Source: Octopus sinensis
Lineage: Eukaryota
DNA: 64,000 nt
NCBI RefSeq assembly: GCF_006345805.1
Contig: NC_042998.1
Location: forward strand, 161,324,001-161,388,000
Direction: 5' to 3'
Position 1 is the first letter of the stretch, and each line of letters begins with the position of its first letter. Positions 13,207 to 26,790 of this stretch are shown here, in pieces. Position numbers and translations under genes: made by a program. The notes under the pieces are model-generated. The model ran no database searches. It was not told where the DNA came from and saw only the letters and a program-made list of their open reading frames with translations.

Positions 13207-13971
13207 TAAGAACCAAGTTTATCGAACAAGACTAATCAAGATTATTTTTAATTTGTTCACATAACAATGTTTCTCTGTCATTGCCAGTCTCATTATAATC
13301 ACAATCATCATTATAATCACGCATGATTAGTGTCATTGGCATTAATGTCATCATCGCTACCGGACCACCACCATCACCACCATCAACAACACCACCACCA
13401 TCACCACCATCACCACCACCATTATTATCTGTATTGATTTACTCTAGCTGGCTGTATCTATTATTAGTTGATTGCCCTATTTTCATCTCCTCAATGATTT
13501 TTTTTTTGTAGTGGACAGCCTGGCAATGGCAAGTGAAAATTTATACCTATCAAGTAGAGATCAACAAGATATAAAAGTAGGAACCTTATCATTAGAATCA
13601 GTTGTTTTTAAGTGCCAAAACAAATCATACTAAACATGGTAATATAGGGGTTTTGGATCATTAACCATATCTTTTGTCTTTCAGTCTGCAATAAGCTTTG
13701 AATTGTCTATGTTCTTACAATCTTCAGATATCTTATCTATTACTAAAGGAACATGTTTCTTAGAACCAGGTTCAAACTCAAAAACTTTATTTCTAACACA
13801 AGTAACACAGTGATTTGATACTCTAATCTAGTGGGTCTTAACCTGGGCTAATAATGACACCCCAGGGGGCATTGTGAGCTTACAAGGGGGTTGGGAGAGG
13901 CAACTTTCAAGGATGTACTACAAGAGTAGGCACTGGGTGTTCATAAGAATGTCTTGATTTTTATTGTTTTT

Positions 13972-14159
13972 TTATTCTTTTATTCTTTGATTTAACTGAG
14001 ACCATGCTGGAGCACCACCTTGAAGGGTTTTTTGGCTGAAGAAATCGACCCCAGCACTTATTCTATTGGTCTCTTTTGCCAAACTGCTAAGTCATGGGGA
14101 CATAAACACACTAACATCGGTTGTCAAGTGATAGGGTGGGGACACACACATAGATACAT

Positions 14160-14228
<69 letters not shown>

Positions 14229-14403
14229 ATATATTATATATATATATATGTATGTATATGATGAGCTTCTTTTAGTTTCTGTCTACCAAATCCACTCACA
14301 AGGCTTTGGTTAGTCTGAGGCTATAAAGACACTTGCCCAAGATACCATGCAGTGGGACAGAACTTGGAACCATGTGGTTTTGATAAGCAAGCTTTTTACC
14401 ACA
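13972..14403 (-). mobile_element. SINE family A
   Basis: Full head-to-tail match on the minus strand with an expanded central (TA)n. Confidence 0.9.
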
Positions 14404-14601
14404 AAATTTAAATTAGGTGATGGTGATGGTGGTGATAGTGTTCATAATGGTGGTCAGTGGTAGTGATGATGATGATAAGTTTAGGGAAGAGAGGTGAGTG
14501 GATCCTGTTAGATAATATAGAAACAGGACAGTTCAATCAACAACCTACATTGCTATGAAATAACGCAAGGGCCTAATTTCATAATGACACTAAATATATA
14601 T

Positions 14602-15000
14602 CTTTTACTTGTTTCAGTCATTAGACTGCGACCATGCTGGGGCACCATCGTGAAGAATTTTTAGTTGAATGAATCAACCCGACTACTTATTTTTTTTTTG
14701 AAGCCTGGTACTTATTCTATCGGTCACTTTTTCTGAACTGCTAAGTTACAAGGATGTAGACACACCAGCACCAGTTGCTAAGTGGTGGTGGTGGGACAAA
14801 CACACACACACACAAATATATATATAGACATATATACAACGGGCTTCTTTCAGTTTCCATCTACCAAATCCACTCACAAGGCTTTGGTTGACCTGAGGCT
14901 ACAGTTGAAGACACTTGCCCAAGGTGCCAAGCAGTGGGAGTGAACCTGAAACCATGTGGTTGGGAAGAAGCAAGCTTCTTACCACACAGCCATGCCTGCA
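14602..15000 (-). mobile_element. SINE family A
   Basis: Full head-to-tail match on the minus strand. Confidence 0.9.
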
Positions 15001-15456
15001 CCTAGATATATTTATTTTTTACATATTCCATGCTGTACAGTACTTTAGTCATTATTAAACCATTTATCTAGATTTGTGTATTCTGGGTGTGCTTAGTGAG
15101 CTGCACCCTGACTAAAGAAGGTAAAATACATTACAAATCTTGAACTCACTCAATAATATAATCATAGATCATAATGGAAGACTAATTTTTCTCTCTCCTT
15201 GTGGTTATTGGTCTCTGATATCTGTACACACTTCATAGCTAGATGTGTTGTGATGCACCACAGCACAAATAGTGGCATAGTAGGAGCAAAACTGCTTTAA
15301 AGCAGTTTAGGCCACCTATCTAAGCAATGCACTAGGGCCCCTACATGCACAATCATAGCATACATAGATTAACAATAACCCCTCTAGGCCTTAGGGCCTC
15401 TGGGTAACTGTCAAGTATGACCATGCTTTAAGGCAACATTTAATGGAAGAATGTGA

Positions 15457-16668
15457 AGGTGCATGGCTCAATGGTTAGAGCATTGGGTTCACAATCATGA
15501 GGTAGTGAGTTTGATTCCAAAATTGGGCTATGTGTTGTGTTCTTGAGCAAGACATTTTATTTCCAATAGCCTGGGAAAAGTTCAGAGAGCTCCTACCTCT
15601 GCTGGTGACAAAGGGCCTCTCGCTCAGAGTAGGACATGTGTAAGCTTGCAAGGAATGAAGCTAGTATGCTCTGCTGGATGTGTAATATTAGTGTGCACAT
15701 ACGACAGAGTGTAAGCACCCTGAGAGAAAAGTTGGACATAAGAAGCATCAGATGTGGTGTGCAAGAGAGACAACTGCACTGGTATGCTCATGTGTTACGT
15801 ATGGATGAGGACAGCTATGTGAAAAAATGTCACACCCTAGCAGTAGAGGGAACATGTAGAAGAGGTAGACCCAGGAAGACCTGGGATGAGGTGGTGAAGC
15901 ACAACCTTCAACCGTTGGGCCTCACCAAGGTGATGACAAGTGACTGAGTACTTTGGAGATATGCTGTGCTTGAGAAGATCCAGCAAGCCAAGTGAGACTG
16001 TAACTGTGGCCTATGCCAGTGCAGCATAATCAGCCTATTTAAGAGTACCCTTCAATCATTGGGCAATAAACTGCGCTTACAAAGACCTGTTGAGTCAAGT
16101 GAAGTCGTTGTCATGGCCGATGACAGTACCACCTGATTGACACTTGTGCTGGTGGCATGTAAAAAGCACCATTTGACTGTCTGACTGGACCTGTGCCGGT
16201 GGCATGTAAAAAGCACCATTCAAGTGTGGTCGATACTAGTACCGCTTGACTGACCCTCATGCCAGTGGTATGTAAAAAGCACCCACTACACTCTCGGAGT
16301 GGCTGGCGTTATGAATAGCATCCAGCTGTAGAAATTTTGCCAGATTGAATTAGAGCCTGGTGCAGGCTTCTGGTTTACCTACCCTCAGTCAAACCGTCCA
16401 ACCCATGCCAGCATGGAAAGTGAACGTTAAACGATGACGACGATGATTGTTCCAGTTCACTCACTTGTAGAAATGAGTTGCAACATCAGTGGTATATCAG
16501 CTTTTGCCTTCCCCTTGGATAACATCAGTGGTGTGGAGAGGGGAGGCTAGTGTGCATGAACGACTGTTAATCTTCCATAAACAACCTGGCCTGGACTTGT
16601 GCCTCTGCAGGTAAGTTTCTAGGTGCAATCTCATGGTCATTCATGACTGAAGGGATCTTTATCCTTTA
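15457..16668 (+). mobile_element. SINE family B split by an RTE insertion (SINE parts ~15457-15570 and ~16447-16668)
   Basis: Head ggtgcatggctcaatggttagagc...ttcttgagcaagacattttattt stops at ~15570 and resumes as tgttccagttcactca at ~16448. Confidence 0.7.
15575..16446 (+). mobile_element. RTE-clade LINE, 5'-truncated 3' end
   Basis: WEKFRELLPLL...LREKLDIRSIRCGVQERQLHWYAHVLRMDEDSYVKKC...EGTCRRGRPRKTWDEVVK (RTE RT C-terminus); 3' UTR with three tandem gtgccggtggcatgtaaaaagcacc-like units; (GAT/GAC)n tail. Confidence 0.92.
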
Positions 16669-17741
16669 ATGGAAGAATGGCAGAAATTAGAATTGAAGAT
16701 ATGCAACATTTCACCAGTACACATCATGTATTCATTACGTTGTATGGTATAAATTCATTGATAATTTATTTAATGAAACGGATTTTCTTTATCATAATTC
16801 TGTTGTTGCATGTCATGATATAACCAGGTCATAATTTGTTTTCAAAGCTAACTTGGGAGGGAGGATATTTGACTAACCCTTTAGAATTCAGATTACTTTG
16901 TCAAATGTAATGCTTATTTATTCACATGATTTTAAATTAACCATGGCTTATATTGTAGCTTTGAGATTTTGATGATGTAATTGTTCATATTTAGAATGAC
17001 GTTATACGTTAGAGGTGAGAAGCTGGATCTGGTCAGTTTGAACACAAAGCAGGTAGAATATTTGAGCTGGATCTATCTGGTTTAAATGCTAAAGGATTAA
17101 GCCGACTATATACTGGATTGATACTCTGTTTTCTCAAAATAATAACACACTCAGAAATAGGCTATGTTTACTTCTGAATCATAATCATACCAAAGTGGTA
17201 GGTTCAATACCATAGTACAATGCACATTCTGAAACAATAGCCAACTTTTTTTCTGTTGCTTTTGCAGATTCCCATGACTCTCTGTTGCCATCCATTTCCT
17301 TTATTATGAATTTGAATTGGCCGCTTGAATCATAGTAGATCTTTCATTAGCTGATTATGCAACCATGAATGCCACCCCTATAGAGATGTTCTGGTTACTC
17401 TCTTGATAAAGCTTGGTGATCCTGACTGTTGATCTTCTAGGATTCTTCTGCTCAGCATCAATGTGAGATTTATACAATAGGCAAAAATGACACTGTATGA
17501 CATTGATACTCAGTCACAAAGACAATCATGAAAAGAATTAGCCATATCCAAAAGATAAAAATTATATGAGTATCATTTTGCTATCGTATAGGAGAGGTGG
17601 GGAACATTTTCTATGTTTGAAGTCAACTGCAAAGCTAACTACCATCTGACTCAGCTGCTTTCAAAAGAAGAATTTATACTGCTAAGTCTATTATTTTATA
17701 GAATATAATTATTCATAAAAACTGTAACAAATTGTAATAAT

Positions 17742-17955
17742 GGTTTCAGATTTTGGCACAAAGCCAGCATTTGTGGTGGAGGAGTTAATTTGATTACATC
17801 GATGCCAGTGCTCAACTGGTACTTATTTTATTGACCCTGAAAAAGATGAAAGGCAAAGTCGACTTTGGAGGAAATTGAATTCAGAATGTAATGATGGACA
17901 AAATGCTTCCACGTGTTTTGCCCAATGGGGGAACAATTCTGCCAGTTCACCACCT
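17742..17955 (-). mobile_element. SINE family C with 17-bp TSD
   Basis: Flanked by identical taacaaattgtaataat at 17725-17741 and 17956-17972. Confidence 0.9.
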
Positions 17956-19314
17956 TAACAAATTGTAATAATCATAGAATTTTGGAGTAAGTCCTGCTTA
18001 GAGTAACTTCCTATTTTTTGACAAAAAATTTCTTCAGATTTCTAAATTATCTTTTATTGTAATTGCTTTAAACAAGAAATTTACTAGTGTAGATAGAAAA
18101 ATATAAATAGATGTTTCTAAATTTCACACCGTGTTGAAAAGATAGGCTTTAAATAAAATTAAATCAAGAAAATGATTTTCCTTCATATAATGCACTTCTT
18201 ACAGAAAGCCTCACTTAAGTCTTCAGAAAATGGTAGGTTCCCTCTCATTGGCTCTAGACCATGTGCTGCTGGTAAATTATCTTCTAGTTTTCACTGGAAA
18301 ACTATCAGCCTGTCATTGCCCTGACATATATAGCAAGTAACTGCTACTCTTAAATAAATGTAATAGAAACAGTTCAGTTTAACTGTAAAACTATAATGGA
18401 ACATACAATTTAATTAAACTTAATGGCATTCAGCTTGGATTAGATGTGTTACACATGCTACCATTTCTGGCAGGAAAGAGTGAATATTCCAAAACATCAA
18501 GTAAATAGATATATTGAATTTTGTAGGTTTTATTTTGTTGTGAAACTTGGCAAGTTGCATAACAAAATATTTTTTTTGTGGGATAGTCATTGTTTAGGCA
18601 TACTTCTGCCTTGAATCAATAAGGTGAAAGCTGGTGGCAGAATGTAAGCAATGTATAAATTTGGTGATAGTATTGAACAAAAGTTAATTGGAGCTTTCAA
18701 GAGTTTAAAACTGGATAAATTAATAGAATATACAAATACAGACTTTCCAATACTTACACACATATAATTAAATAGACAAGTACACATTTGTGAATATATG
18801 TTTGTCAATATGTGTGCATACCCCCCCTCTCTCTCTCTCTCTGTATGTATGTGTGTCTGTCTATCTATCTATCTATCTATCTATGCACACACACACATAC
18901 ATATATACATACTTATGTGTGTATGTGTGTGTATGTGTGTGCATATATATCTATATATATATATATACACATAATTATAATTAGGGTTCAGCCAACTGCT
19001 TCACCACATACCAAAATTAGAAATAGGAGTTAAAAATTCCTTTTCTACTACTATAAGAATCTCCATGATGGTAAAACATACGTTTTTACAAAGGCAAAGA
19101 GAAAAACAATGAATCAACACGACCAGGATTAATTATATACATGTTTCGAGATTAAAGTAATTTAAATTTTACTTACTTCTCTCTTCAGTATAGTATTTCC
19201 AATTTTTATAAAATTTGAAAGTGCTAGGGCTGAATAAGCACACAGTCGAGTGACATCATGTAACAGATATCCAACCAACACTTCCAAAATTTACAGAGCC
19301 GAATGTGAATACAC

Positions 19315-19361
<47 letters not shown>

Positions 19362-19636
19362 ATACATATATACATTCACATCAAGCACTCCACTTCCAAG
19401 TACACACCTATGCGATGTACATTTTATGCATAACACAGTATAAATGAAAATGAGTGAAATGAATTAGAAAGTTTGACTGTGAGAAGAAAATATAATAATG
19501 TAAACATAATCTTTTGATGGCTCTGATGCATCAAAAAAAATAAACGAGAGGAGAATACTCAAGAAAAATCATTTAGCATTTCACAGAATGATGACTGTTA
19601 CTCAGAGTAATATTGGTAGCATAGCACAAATGTAAT

Positions 19637-19930
19637 GGAGGCACATGGCCTAGTGGTTAGAGCAGCGGACTTGCAGTCGAGGGATCGTGGGTTTGAATCT
19701 CAGACCGGGCGATGTGTGTGTTTATGAGCGAAACACCTAAGCTCTACACGGCTTTGGCAGAAGGTAATGGTGAACTTCTGCTGACTCTTTCGCTACAACT
19801 TTCTCTCACTCTTTCCTCCTGCATCTTGCAGCTCACCTGCGATGGACCGGCGTCCCATCCAGGTGGGGAACCTATATGCCAAAGAAACCAGGAAACCAGC
19901 TCTTATGATGGCTCAAGAAGGAACAAACTA
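19637..19930 (+). mobile_element. tRNA-derived SINE family B (well preserved)
   Basis: A-box-like tggcctagtggttagagc and B-box-like gggtttgaatctc, followed by family B body. Confidence 0.85.
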
Positions 19931-20711
19931 AAGCACAAATGTGCATACATACATACACACATACATACATGCAAGCATATACGTGCACACACTCACACAC
20001 ACACACACACGTCTATACAAATATATATTTACTTAGTATCAGTGGTCAAAGTACTGTGTTTCCAGCAAAGTGATGATACCCTGCCTTCAGCCTTTATCAG
20101 AAGTGTTATAATGCTGCTAATTTTTGTTTGCCAACAGTTTATTAAATATGCCAGTTTTAGCAGGATTCCAAATTGAACAACATATTATTTATTGAAACTA
20201 AATGAAACTTGAACTCCATCAGCCACTGTTGCATTATATGTAAAATTCCAGATAAAAAATCTCAATTTTCAAAAATAATAACTAAATACAGAAAGGTGAT
20301 TAAATATTAGTGAGACGGATAAATATATCGTAGTTGCAATGAGAAATTATTTTAGAGTATTAACTTTACTTTGAGAAATGGAAAGAAAGAAAAAAAGTCA
20401 TATTTCTGGAGTATTACGCAGGAAGAAAGTAATGCTGGCTTAAAATGTTTGACATGAAGAAAATAGATGAAGTTGTCCATATATCGAAATACATGCACAT
20501 ATTCAATATATTTAGTATTTCTGGACATACACATGCACACACACACAAGTATATAAGGTATAAATAATGTATCTACATGAATATATATACACATATATAT
20601 ACAGATGAATATATATCTAATATGAATTATATATATACATGTATATAAATATGTAAACATACATACATATATATATATCTATATATCTATATGTATGTAG
20701 GCATGAGTATA

Positions 20712-20755
<44 letters not shown>

Positions 20756-21720
20756 ATACATATGTACATACATATATATATATGTGTAGAAAATAGATAT
20801 TTCATAGACAAACATATTGTCAAATATCTGAATGTTTATCCATATTACTAAAATAACTAAATGTACAAATGAATAAATAAAACTAACTTGGTTGTGATGA
20901 AGATATAAAGTTTATTATTGTAAATTTTTCTTCCGATTGCCAAATATGGGGTGTTTGTGTTTTATTATAGGGTAGAAAGTTCGATAATTGTTGAATCATG
21001 TTCAGGATGTTTCCTATCTTATGTGACAACAACAACAATAGAAAAAGCAACAACAGCAACCATCACCATGATCATCACTAACATTGCTGCCACCACTGGT
21101 TTTCCGATGACTGCCACAGTGCTACAGTAAAGAGATGAAAATGAAGAATAACACAATACAAACAAAATGAAAAATAATTTTTCACTGTTTATTTAGGTAG
21201 TTGATTTAGGTAGCTGTTTATTAGTAAATATTTGGAAGGATAATATATCATTTTTATTTTGTACAATTTCTGTTTGTTAAAAGGAAATAAAATGACCACA
21301 ACAACAACAACAACATCAGCAGCAGCAGCAGCATAACTGGCATGTCATTAAACAATATGCAGCTAATTCTAATATGTTCGATAATAAACTTTTGGAACTA
21401 AAGTTATGTTCAATTTCAATAAGTAAGATGGGTTCAAATGTCTACAATCTGTTAACTTAAAGCTAATATATCATTATATAAACATTCTTGTAAATGAAGT
21501 GACGAGGTGAGCCTGTATGTAGTTATTCAGTCTGCTAGAAATAGTAGCCAAATCATGAGGTGTCACTACAGTCTTTTAAATAAAAAAAATAATAAGATAA
21601 TGTTATCAAAGATGAACTGTGACAGTGGAATAAAAGGATGTTCATGGTTGGAATGACTGTGATCAGTGGTCTGATTGGTTAGGAATGGCTAATCTCAGGG
21701 TCAAACAACAATGCCAATAC

Positions 21721-21941
21721 TCTTTTTACTCTGTTACCTGTTTCAGTCATTTGACTGTGGCCAAGCTGGAGCACCACCTTTAGTTGACCAGATCGACCCC
21801 AGGACTTATTCTTTGTAAGCCTAGTACTTATTCTATCGGTCTCTTTTGCCGAACTGCTAAGTTATGGGGACATAAACACACTAGCATCGATTGTCAAGTA
21901 ATGTTGGGGGGGGGGACAAACACAGACACACAAAACCATAT

Positions 21942-21994
<53 letters not shown>

Positions 21995-22175
21995 TATATA
22001 TATACATATATACGACAGGCTTCTTTCAGTTTCCATCTACCAAATCCACTCGCAAGGCTTTGGTCAGCCCGAGGCTACAGTACAAGACATTTGCCGAAGG
22101 TGCCACTCAGTGGGACTGAACCCGGAACTATGTGGTTGGTAAGCAAGCTACTTACCACACAGCCACTCCTACGCC
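21721..22175 (-). mobile_element. SINE family A
   Basis: Near-consensus copy, CpGs largely retained. Confidence 0.92.
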
Positions 22176-22469
22176 TACAATGTAAACACATCTGATGAGA
22201 GCCCAGAAAATTTTCAGAAATCAATTAAGGGTGTCTATCATTTTTTTTTCCAGCCAACAGAGAAGTAAATAAATTTGCCATGCTTGTAAGCCTACTATGT
22301 GATTTTACATATATCATACCTTGATACTGTGTGGACTGAGATCCCCATTGACAGGCTGCTGATATTAAATAAAATAAAAAAGAGAGAAAATAGAAAGCTT
22401 CTGACAATCCAGAAAGTTTTATAAAACCTTTATATTTCAGGTGCAAAGTCCCATCTCAGAAGGAAAAAA

Positions 22470-22700
22470 AAAGGTGTCAAGGCAGTGAGCTGACAGAATC
22501 ATTAGTATGCTGGGCAAAATGCTTAGCAACATTTCATCCATCTTTATATTTTGAGTTCAAATTCCTCCAAGGTTGATTTTGCCTTTCATCCTTTCGGGGT
22601 CAATATAGTAAGTATCAGTTGAGCTCCAGGGCCAAAATAATCGACTTTAATCCCTCTCCTGAAATTGTTGATCTTCTGCCAAAATCTGAAACCAATATTA
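22470..22700 (+). mobile_element. SINE family C
   Basis: cagaatcattagtatgctgggcaaaatgcttagc...gagttcaaattcc...gcctttcatcctttcggggtcaata...aaatctgaaacca. Confidence 0.85.
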
Positions 22701-23255
22701 AATAAAATGTTAAACACTAATAGTATGCAAATTATCTGCCCTGATTCCCTGAATCTACTGGATTGGCTGCTTATTTCTTTGGGATTAGTCAAATAATGTA
22801 GACACTTCTGAAAGGAATCCAATAAGTTTCAAAAAATTGATTAAGGCCATTTGTTATATTTTTCAATTAATCAAGTTGTAAAATTTGCTATGTTTGTATG
22901 TCCTCTACCTAGGTATACACACACACACACAAACATACATATATATCTTAATTACTTCCTGTTTGTATCCACAGTTTCACAGCTAAATCTGTTCCTAACC
23001 ATTCCTTCACAATGTAATTAAGCTATGACCACTAACAACATGCTGTAGTTAATCTGAATGAACAAAACATTACTTACATAATGAGAAACTGTATTACATC
23101 ACCTGATGAGATGCTTCTGTATCGTGGGATGCACTGAAATTAATTGTATAGTTTCCCACCCACAATGGAGTAATGCAGGATGTGTCGAAACAATTGTTGT
23201 AATCAGTTTTTCCACATATTCCATTTTCCATCTCTTTTGTTTCTGTTATATGAAT

Positions 23256-23640
23256 TACTCTTTTACCTGTTTCAGTCATTTGAATGTGGCTATGCTGGAG
23301 CACCATCTTTAGTCAAAGAAATCGACCCCCAGGACTGACTGTTTGTAAGCTTAGTACTTATTCTATAGGTCTTTTTTGCCAAACTACTAAGTTTCAGGAA
23401 CATAAACATACCAACATCAGTTGTCAAGCAATGGTGGGGTGGAGTGGGGGTGGGGCTACAAACACAAACACACACATAAATATATACATATACATACATA
23501 CACCACAGGCTTCTTTCAGTTTCCATCTACCAAGTCCACTCACAAGGCTTTCTTTGGTCGGTCCTAGGCTCTAGTAGACGACACCATGCAGAACCATTTC
23601 ATTGGGAAGCAAGCTTTTTACCACACAGCCACGCCTGCAT
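23256..23640 (-). mobile_element. SINE family A
   Basis: Head-to-tail match on the minus strand. Confidence 0.88.
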
Positions 23641-24119
23641 GTATCAACACACCCATGTCTGCACCTTATTACTGAACAAGAATGTTGTTGACAGTGACTT
23701 CAAATTTTCAGCCATTTAAGCCATTATCAGATTGTGATGCATTAGATTTAGCCTTGCCTTTATATAATCTCTGTAGAGCTAAAAATATCTTTAGATGTTT
23801 GGGTTTGAGTGGGGTGGTAATTAATTTTTTATGGTTAGTTGTTATGGAAAGTGTCTTGGAAAAGTTTTAATTGATTAAATTCAGGGTTATGCTACTGTTT
23901 AGAATATATTCATGTAGAACTGTAAACAATTCTGTAGGTGTTTCTCTTTTGTTAAGAAGGCACAAGGCCAAACATTTTGTTGCTTTTGGTATTATTGGAT
24001 TTAATCCTTTTGCTTTGAAAATGTAAGGATATAGCTAAAGAGACAGATATGCATATACACATATGTGTGTGTTTAAGAGAAAGATGAAGGTGAGTCAAGG
24101 GAAAAGAAGTTACTCAAAG

Positions 24120-24404
24120 TGAAAAAATCAGAAATGGCTTGCAAAGAATCCTGTGCCAGTGCCACATAAAAAGCATTCATGCCAGTTCCACATGAAAGCA
24201 CTTGCATGGTGCCACATTAAAAGCACCCAGCACACACTGTAAAGTGGTTGGTGTTAGGAAGGGCATCTAGCAGGAGAAACCAAGCCAAATCAGACTAGAA
24301 CCTGGTGCAGCTACCCAGCTTGCCAGCTCTGATCAAACCGTCCAACCCATGCCAGCATTGAAAATGGACGTTAAATGATGATGAAGATGATGATGATGAT
24401 GATA
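24120..24404 (+). mobile_element. RTE 3' UTR/tail fragment
   Basis: Three tandem gtgccacataaaaagca-like units, aaaccgtccaacccatgccagcattgaaaatggacgttaaa, (GAT)n tail. Confidence 0.85.
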
Positions 24405-25225
24405 AATAGTGAAAATTAAAGCGACGGGATAATAGCAAGAATGATAAAAATTTTGTGTAAACTAGAGTGCTGCAGCTATAGTCAGTTATAGGGTTACTAA
24501 ATAATTAACTGGAAAAATTATAAAGGAAAAGTTAAGCTAATTAAAATTTTTTGAAATTCTTTTTAAAAGGAATTTTTAGAAAAGGACTTTTTTTAAATAT
24601 TTAATTGAAAAATTTTTAAAATAACTAAAATATTAAAATATTAAAAGGAAAAAATAAAGAAGCTAAAATAAAATATAATACACTTAAATTAAAAATTAAA
24701 AGGAAAATTAATTAAATAAACTAGATTGATGAAATAAAACATGACAAAATGGGTGTTAGTGTATGAGTTAATTGAAGATTAAGAAAATTTAGGTAAAGAA
24801 AAAATTTAAAGATGGAATATGAAGATATTTATGGATTGGGAAAGAACTTAAAGAGAGCTTAAAGGTAAAATAGATATTAAGGTAAATTAATAATATTGAA
24901 GATAAGGTGTGTATTAATTAGGGAGCTGAATCAGGAGGAGGAAAAAGTACCTTAGAGTGAAAAGGAAATTCAGGAAAAAACGGTTATGTAAGTCTAATAA
25001 TTGGATGGAATTATTGCAAATAACAGGAGTAGGATAAATGTATAAGGAAAGATAGGTAATTGGTAAAATGGTCAATAAAATTGGCTGAAATAAATGAAAA
25101 TAAAGATTAATGGTTTAAAGTTTAGAGTAAAATAGAAAAACTAAAGCAAAATAAACTCCGAGAGTAATAGAAGAGTAAAAGTACCAAAGCTAGATTCTGG
25201 GTTGAAAATTTTTTGCTATAGTTTC
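24405..25225 (+). other. Strongly C-depleted complex segment of unknown origin
   Basis: Manual count 24481-25140: about 26 C versus about 121 G in 660 nt; not a simple tandem repeat. Confidence 0.8.
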
Positions 25226-25227
25226 TA

Positions 25228-25600
25228 TCTTTTACTTTTTTCTCTCTTTAAACTGTTGCTAAGTGGAACTGCCTTGAAGGGTTCAGTCAAACATATCGAC
25301 CCCAGTAACACACACATTTTTTAAGTAAGCCTGATACTTGTCTATTGGTTTCTTTTGCCAAACCAGTATGTTTTGGGATGTAAACAAACCAACAGTAGTT
25401 GTCAAACACAGTGGCAGTGACAAATACATTAACAAAGACATTAACAAACACACACACATACATGCATGCGGACACACATAAACATGCACACATATACAAC
25501 AGGTTTCCACACAGTTTCTGTTGACCAAATTCACTCAAAACGTATTGGTTGCTCTGGATCTATAGAAGATACTGTGCAAGCTGCTGCACAGTGATACTTC
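25228..25600 (-). mobile_element. SINE family A, decayed
   Basis: Tail-side gccttgaagggttcagtc...atcgacccc, central (CA)n, degenerate head. Confidence 0.7.
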
Positions 25601-26199
25601 CAAAGTGAATTTCTTAACAAATGTTGTGTCTGCAGGTAACTTTCTTTTTTTTTCTTTCAATTAAGTAAATTGAATAAATAAGAACACACTTAAGATAAAT
25701 CTCCAAAAACACAAATGAGAAAAAGAACAGCCCTGATTCTAATGATGTCCAATGCCACAACACAAAATGTTAGAGAGTGGAGCATGGTAAATAGTAGCAT
25801 TCAGCTGGTTGTTTATTTGATAAAAATTTAAGGTATGTAGTAAGGGTATGTTTACAAGAAGTTATACTTAGAAGTAGGAAGCTTTTTAGCATATTTATTC
25901 ATATTACATTTAGCAAACATGGTAGCTAAACTCTCCATGTTGTAAAAATTACAAGTAATCTAGTAACAAAAATGGGGCTTAGCTCTGAAGATTATGTTTT
26001 ATTTAGGTATGTTGTTAAAATTTCTCTCATTTGAGAGTGATGTTTCTCAAAGACCCGTCAATCTTTTTTCTGAAAATCTACCCAAATGTCTGAAAACATG
26101 TTATAGTATGTGCCATGCTCCAAAAGTGAAATATCTGTCCAGAACAATTCCTGTTCTTTTGCTTTCACTTTTCAACATCTCAAAATTGATGGAAACTAA

Positions 26200-26420
26200 T
26201 AAATAACTCCTTTTTTATTCCCTTTGAGTCCATTTCCTTCTCATCTCAATAACTTCCAACACTGTTTTTATAAAACTCTAGTATGCCTCAAAGTTTGTTG
26301 ATATGTCCCATACTCTTCCTTATATATATTACTAATCGTTTTGATGTTACTTCTAACAACAAACACTCCTACATTTGCTTGCTTGTTGTTACTATCTTAA
26401 TCCCACTTTAAATTTCCACA
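26200..26420 (-). mobile_element. Old LINE remnant, possibly APE endonuclease region
   Basis: Purine-rich minus strand with weak VGVFVV... similarity to the RTE endonuclease GVG motif; many stops. Confidence 0.25.
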
Positions 26421-26579
26421 TAGAACATTGACCAAGCATACAAGACTTAACTCTTGCTTCTGCAAACAACACGCTTGGAAACAGTTTCAAAACACCTTCC
26501 AACAGAGCCAACAAAGGAACCACTATTTAACCTGCTAGAAATAGTAACAAAGTTCTTCCCAAACCAAACTTCACTATTG

Positions 26580-26790
26580 TAATCAAACAATAGTTTCAAA
26601 TTTTGATACAAGGCCACAAAGTTCATGGAAGGAGGTAAGTCAATTATGGTGACCTCAGTACTCAACTGGTATTTATTTTATCAACCTCCAAAAAGATGGT
26701 AGGGATAGTCAACCTCAGCAGAATTTGAACTCAGAATATAAGGATGAACAAAATGCCACTATGCATTTTGCCCAACATGCTACATTGTGA
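26580..26790 (-). mobile_element. SINE family C
   Basis: agtttcaaattttgatac...aactggtatttattttatcaacc...aacctcagcagaatttgaactcagaa. Confidence 0.8.

Noticed and set aside
16130-16290. CRISPR-like repeat-spacer pattern
   Set aside because: Only three imperfect units inside an RTE 3' UTR in eukaryotic DNA; no cas genes.
17210-17500. Protein-like short frames (KIYYDSSGQFKFIIKEMDGNRESW, minus) and a strong plus-strand acceptor at 17267
   Set aside because: Frames are closed by stops without usable splice sites; no family motif recognised.
19640-19715. tRNA gene (also similar heads at 15457, 49677, 50150 and SINE A heads)
   Set aside because: A/B-box-like heads continue into SINE bodies and do not close a full cloverleaf; treated as tRNA-derived SINEs.
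22195-22230. CTGATGA...GAAA hammerhead-like match
   Set aside because: No convincing stem II or stem I pairing.
23103-23145. CTGATGA-gatgc ttct gtatc hammerhead-like match
   Set aside because: Stem II pairs but is followed by GTGG rather than GAAA, and no helix III or cleavage triplet is evident.
24405-25225. Mitochondrial insertion (NUMT)
   Set aside because: No mitochondrial protein or rRNA motif found in frames read under the invertebrate mitochondrial code, and the A+G-rich/C-poor strand does not fit the A+C-rich versus T+G-rich strands I expect for octopod mtDNA.
25565-25635. Plus-strand open exon candidate ending at CAG|gtaact
   Set aside because: Its 5' half is a decayed SINE A head, so the open frame is probably incidental.
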